Origin: Malacoraja senta
Taxonomy: Eukaryota
DNA length: 64,000 nucleotides
NCBI GenBank assembly: GCA_038087875.1
Contig: CM075995.1
Coordinates: 10,604,001 to 10,668,000, forward strand
Reading direction: 5' to 3'
Part shown: piece by piece, positions 63,646 through 64,000 of the stretch
How positions within the stretch are numbered: position 1 is the stretch's first letter
Layout: each line of letters begins with the position of its first letter
Made by a program: the position numbers and the translations under genes
Notes under the pieces: model-generated
Seen by the model: only the letters and a program-made list of their open reading frames with translations
Databases searched by the model: none
Told to the model about the DNA's origin: nothing

Positions 63646-64000
63646 GACTTCCGGTGGCGCTATGGAGGCTTGAGTCCAGCGCCAACTAGCTCCGTGCCGA
63701 AGAAAACTGAAACGGGAGAAAAATCGGGTCTTACCTGCAGCGATCGCGATCTGAAAGGCTGCCTGCCGCGTGACGTTATCAGGAGTGCGACTTGGACGGT
63801 ATGTCGACACAACGTTCTCCCCCTCCCCTTGGTATAGATTTAGCGAAGAAAATAATATAACATGTAGAGAACAATAACGTTGTGAATTTTTGCTGTTCTT
63901 GAGTTTGTCTGCAGGGATACGTGCTTGTAAATGTACGCACATGGGTATATATACATATTTATATGTATGTATGGTGTGTGTGTGTAGGTATGGGTATGTA
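63646..64000 (+). mobile_element. Possible 5' UTR of an L1-like element, running off the window
   Basis: Abrupt start GACTTCCGGTGGCG breaking the CR1, CpG-rich, resembling vertebrate L1 5' ends. No ORF is visible. Confidence 0.4.

Overview
This window is eukaryotic DNA made almost entirely of transposable elements. The repeat families suggest a cartilaginous fish (skate, ray or shark); this is inference only. I found no host protein-coding gene, rRNA, tRNA gene or CRISPR array. Layout: (1) 1-11927 is a head-to-tail array, period about 4970 bp, of a deleted Gmr1-type Ty3/Gypsy element. Integrase lies before RT, neighbouring units share single LTRs, and both complete units carry the same CR1 insert. 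(2) 11.9-28.6 kb holds CR1 fragments, a second GC-rich Gypsy, a polypurine microsatellite, a Tc1 element split by a hAT MITE and by a near full-length Rex/Babar LINE, and a second Rex fragment with a Tx1 insert. (3) 28.6-43.0 kb holds three DIRS tyrosine-recombinase retroelements, two of them inserted into the third. (4) 45.4-55.7 kb is a fourth DIRS sitting in a CR1 and loaded with CR1, L1 and MITE insertions. (5) 55.9-64 kb holds CR1 debris, GC-rich non-autonomous retroposons and a palindromic Penelope-type repeat with degenerate hammerhead cores. The most notable signals are the nested DIRS set, with reconstructable ATT junctions and a conserved, covarying helix flanking the ICR, and the shared-LTR Gmr1 array. 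All calls come from motif recognition and manual alignment, with no database search.
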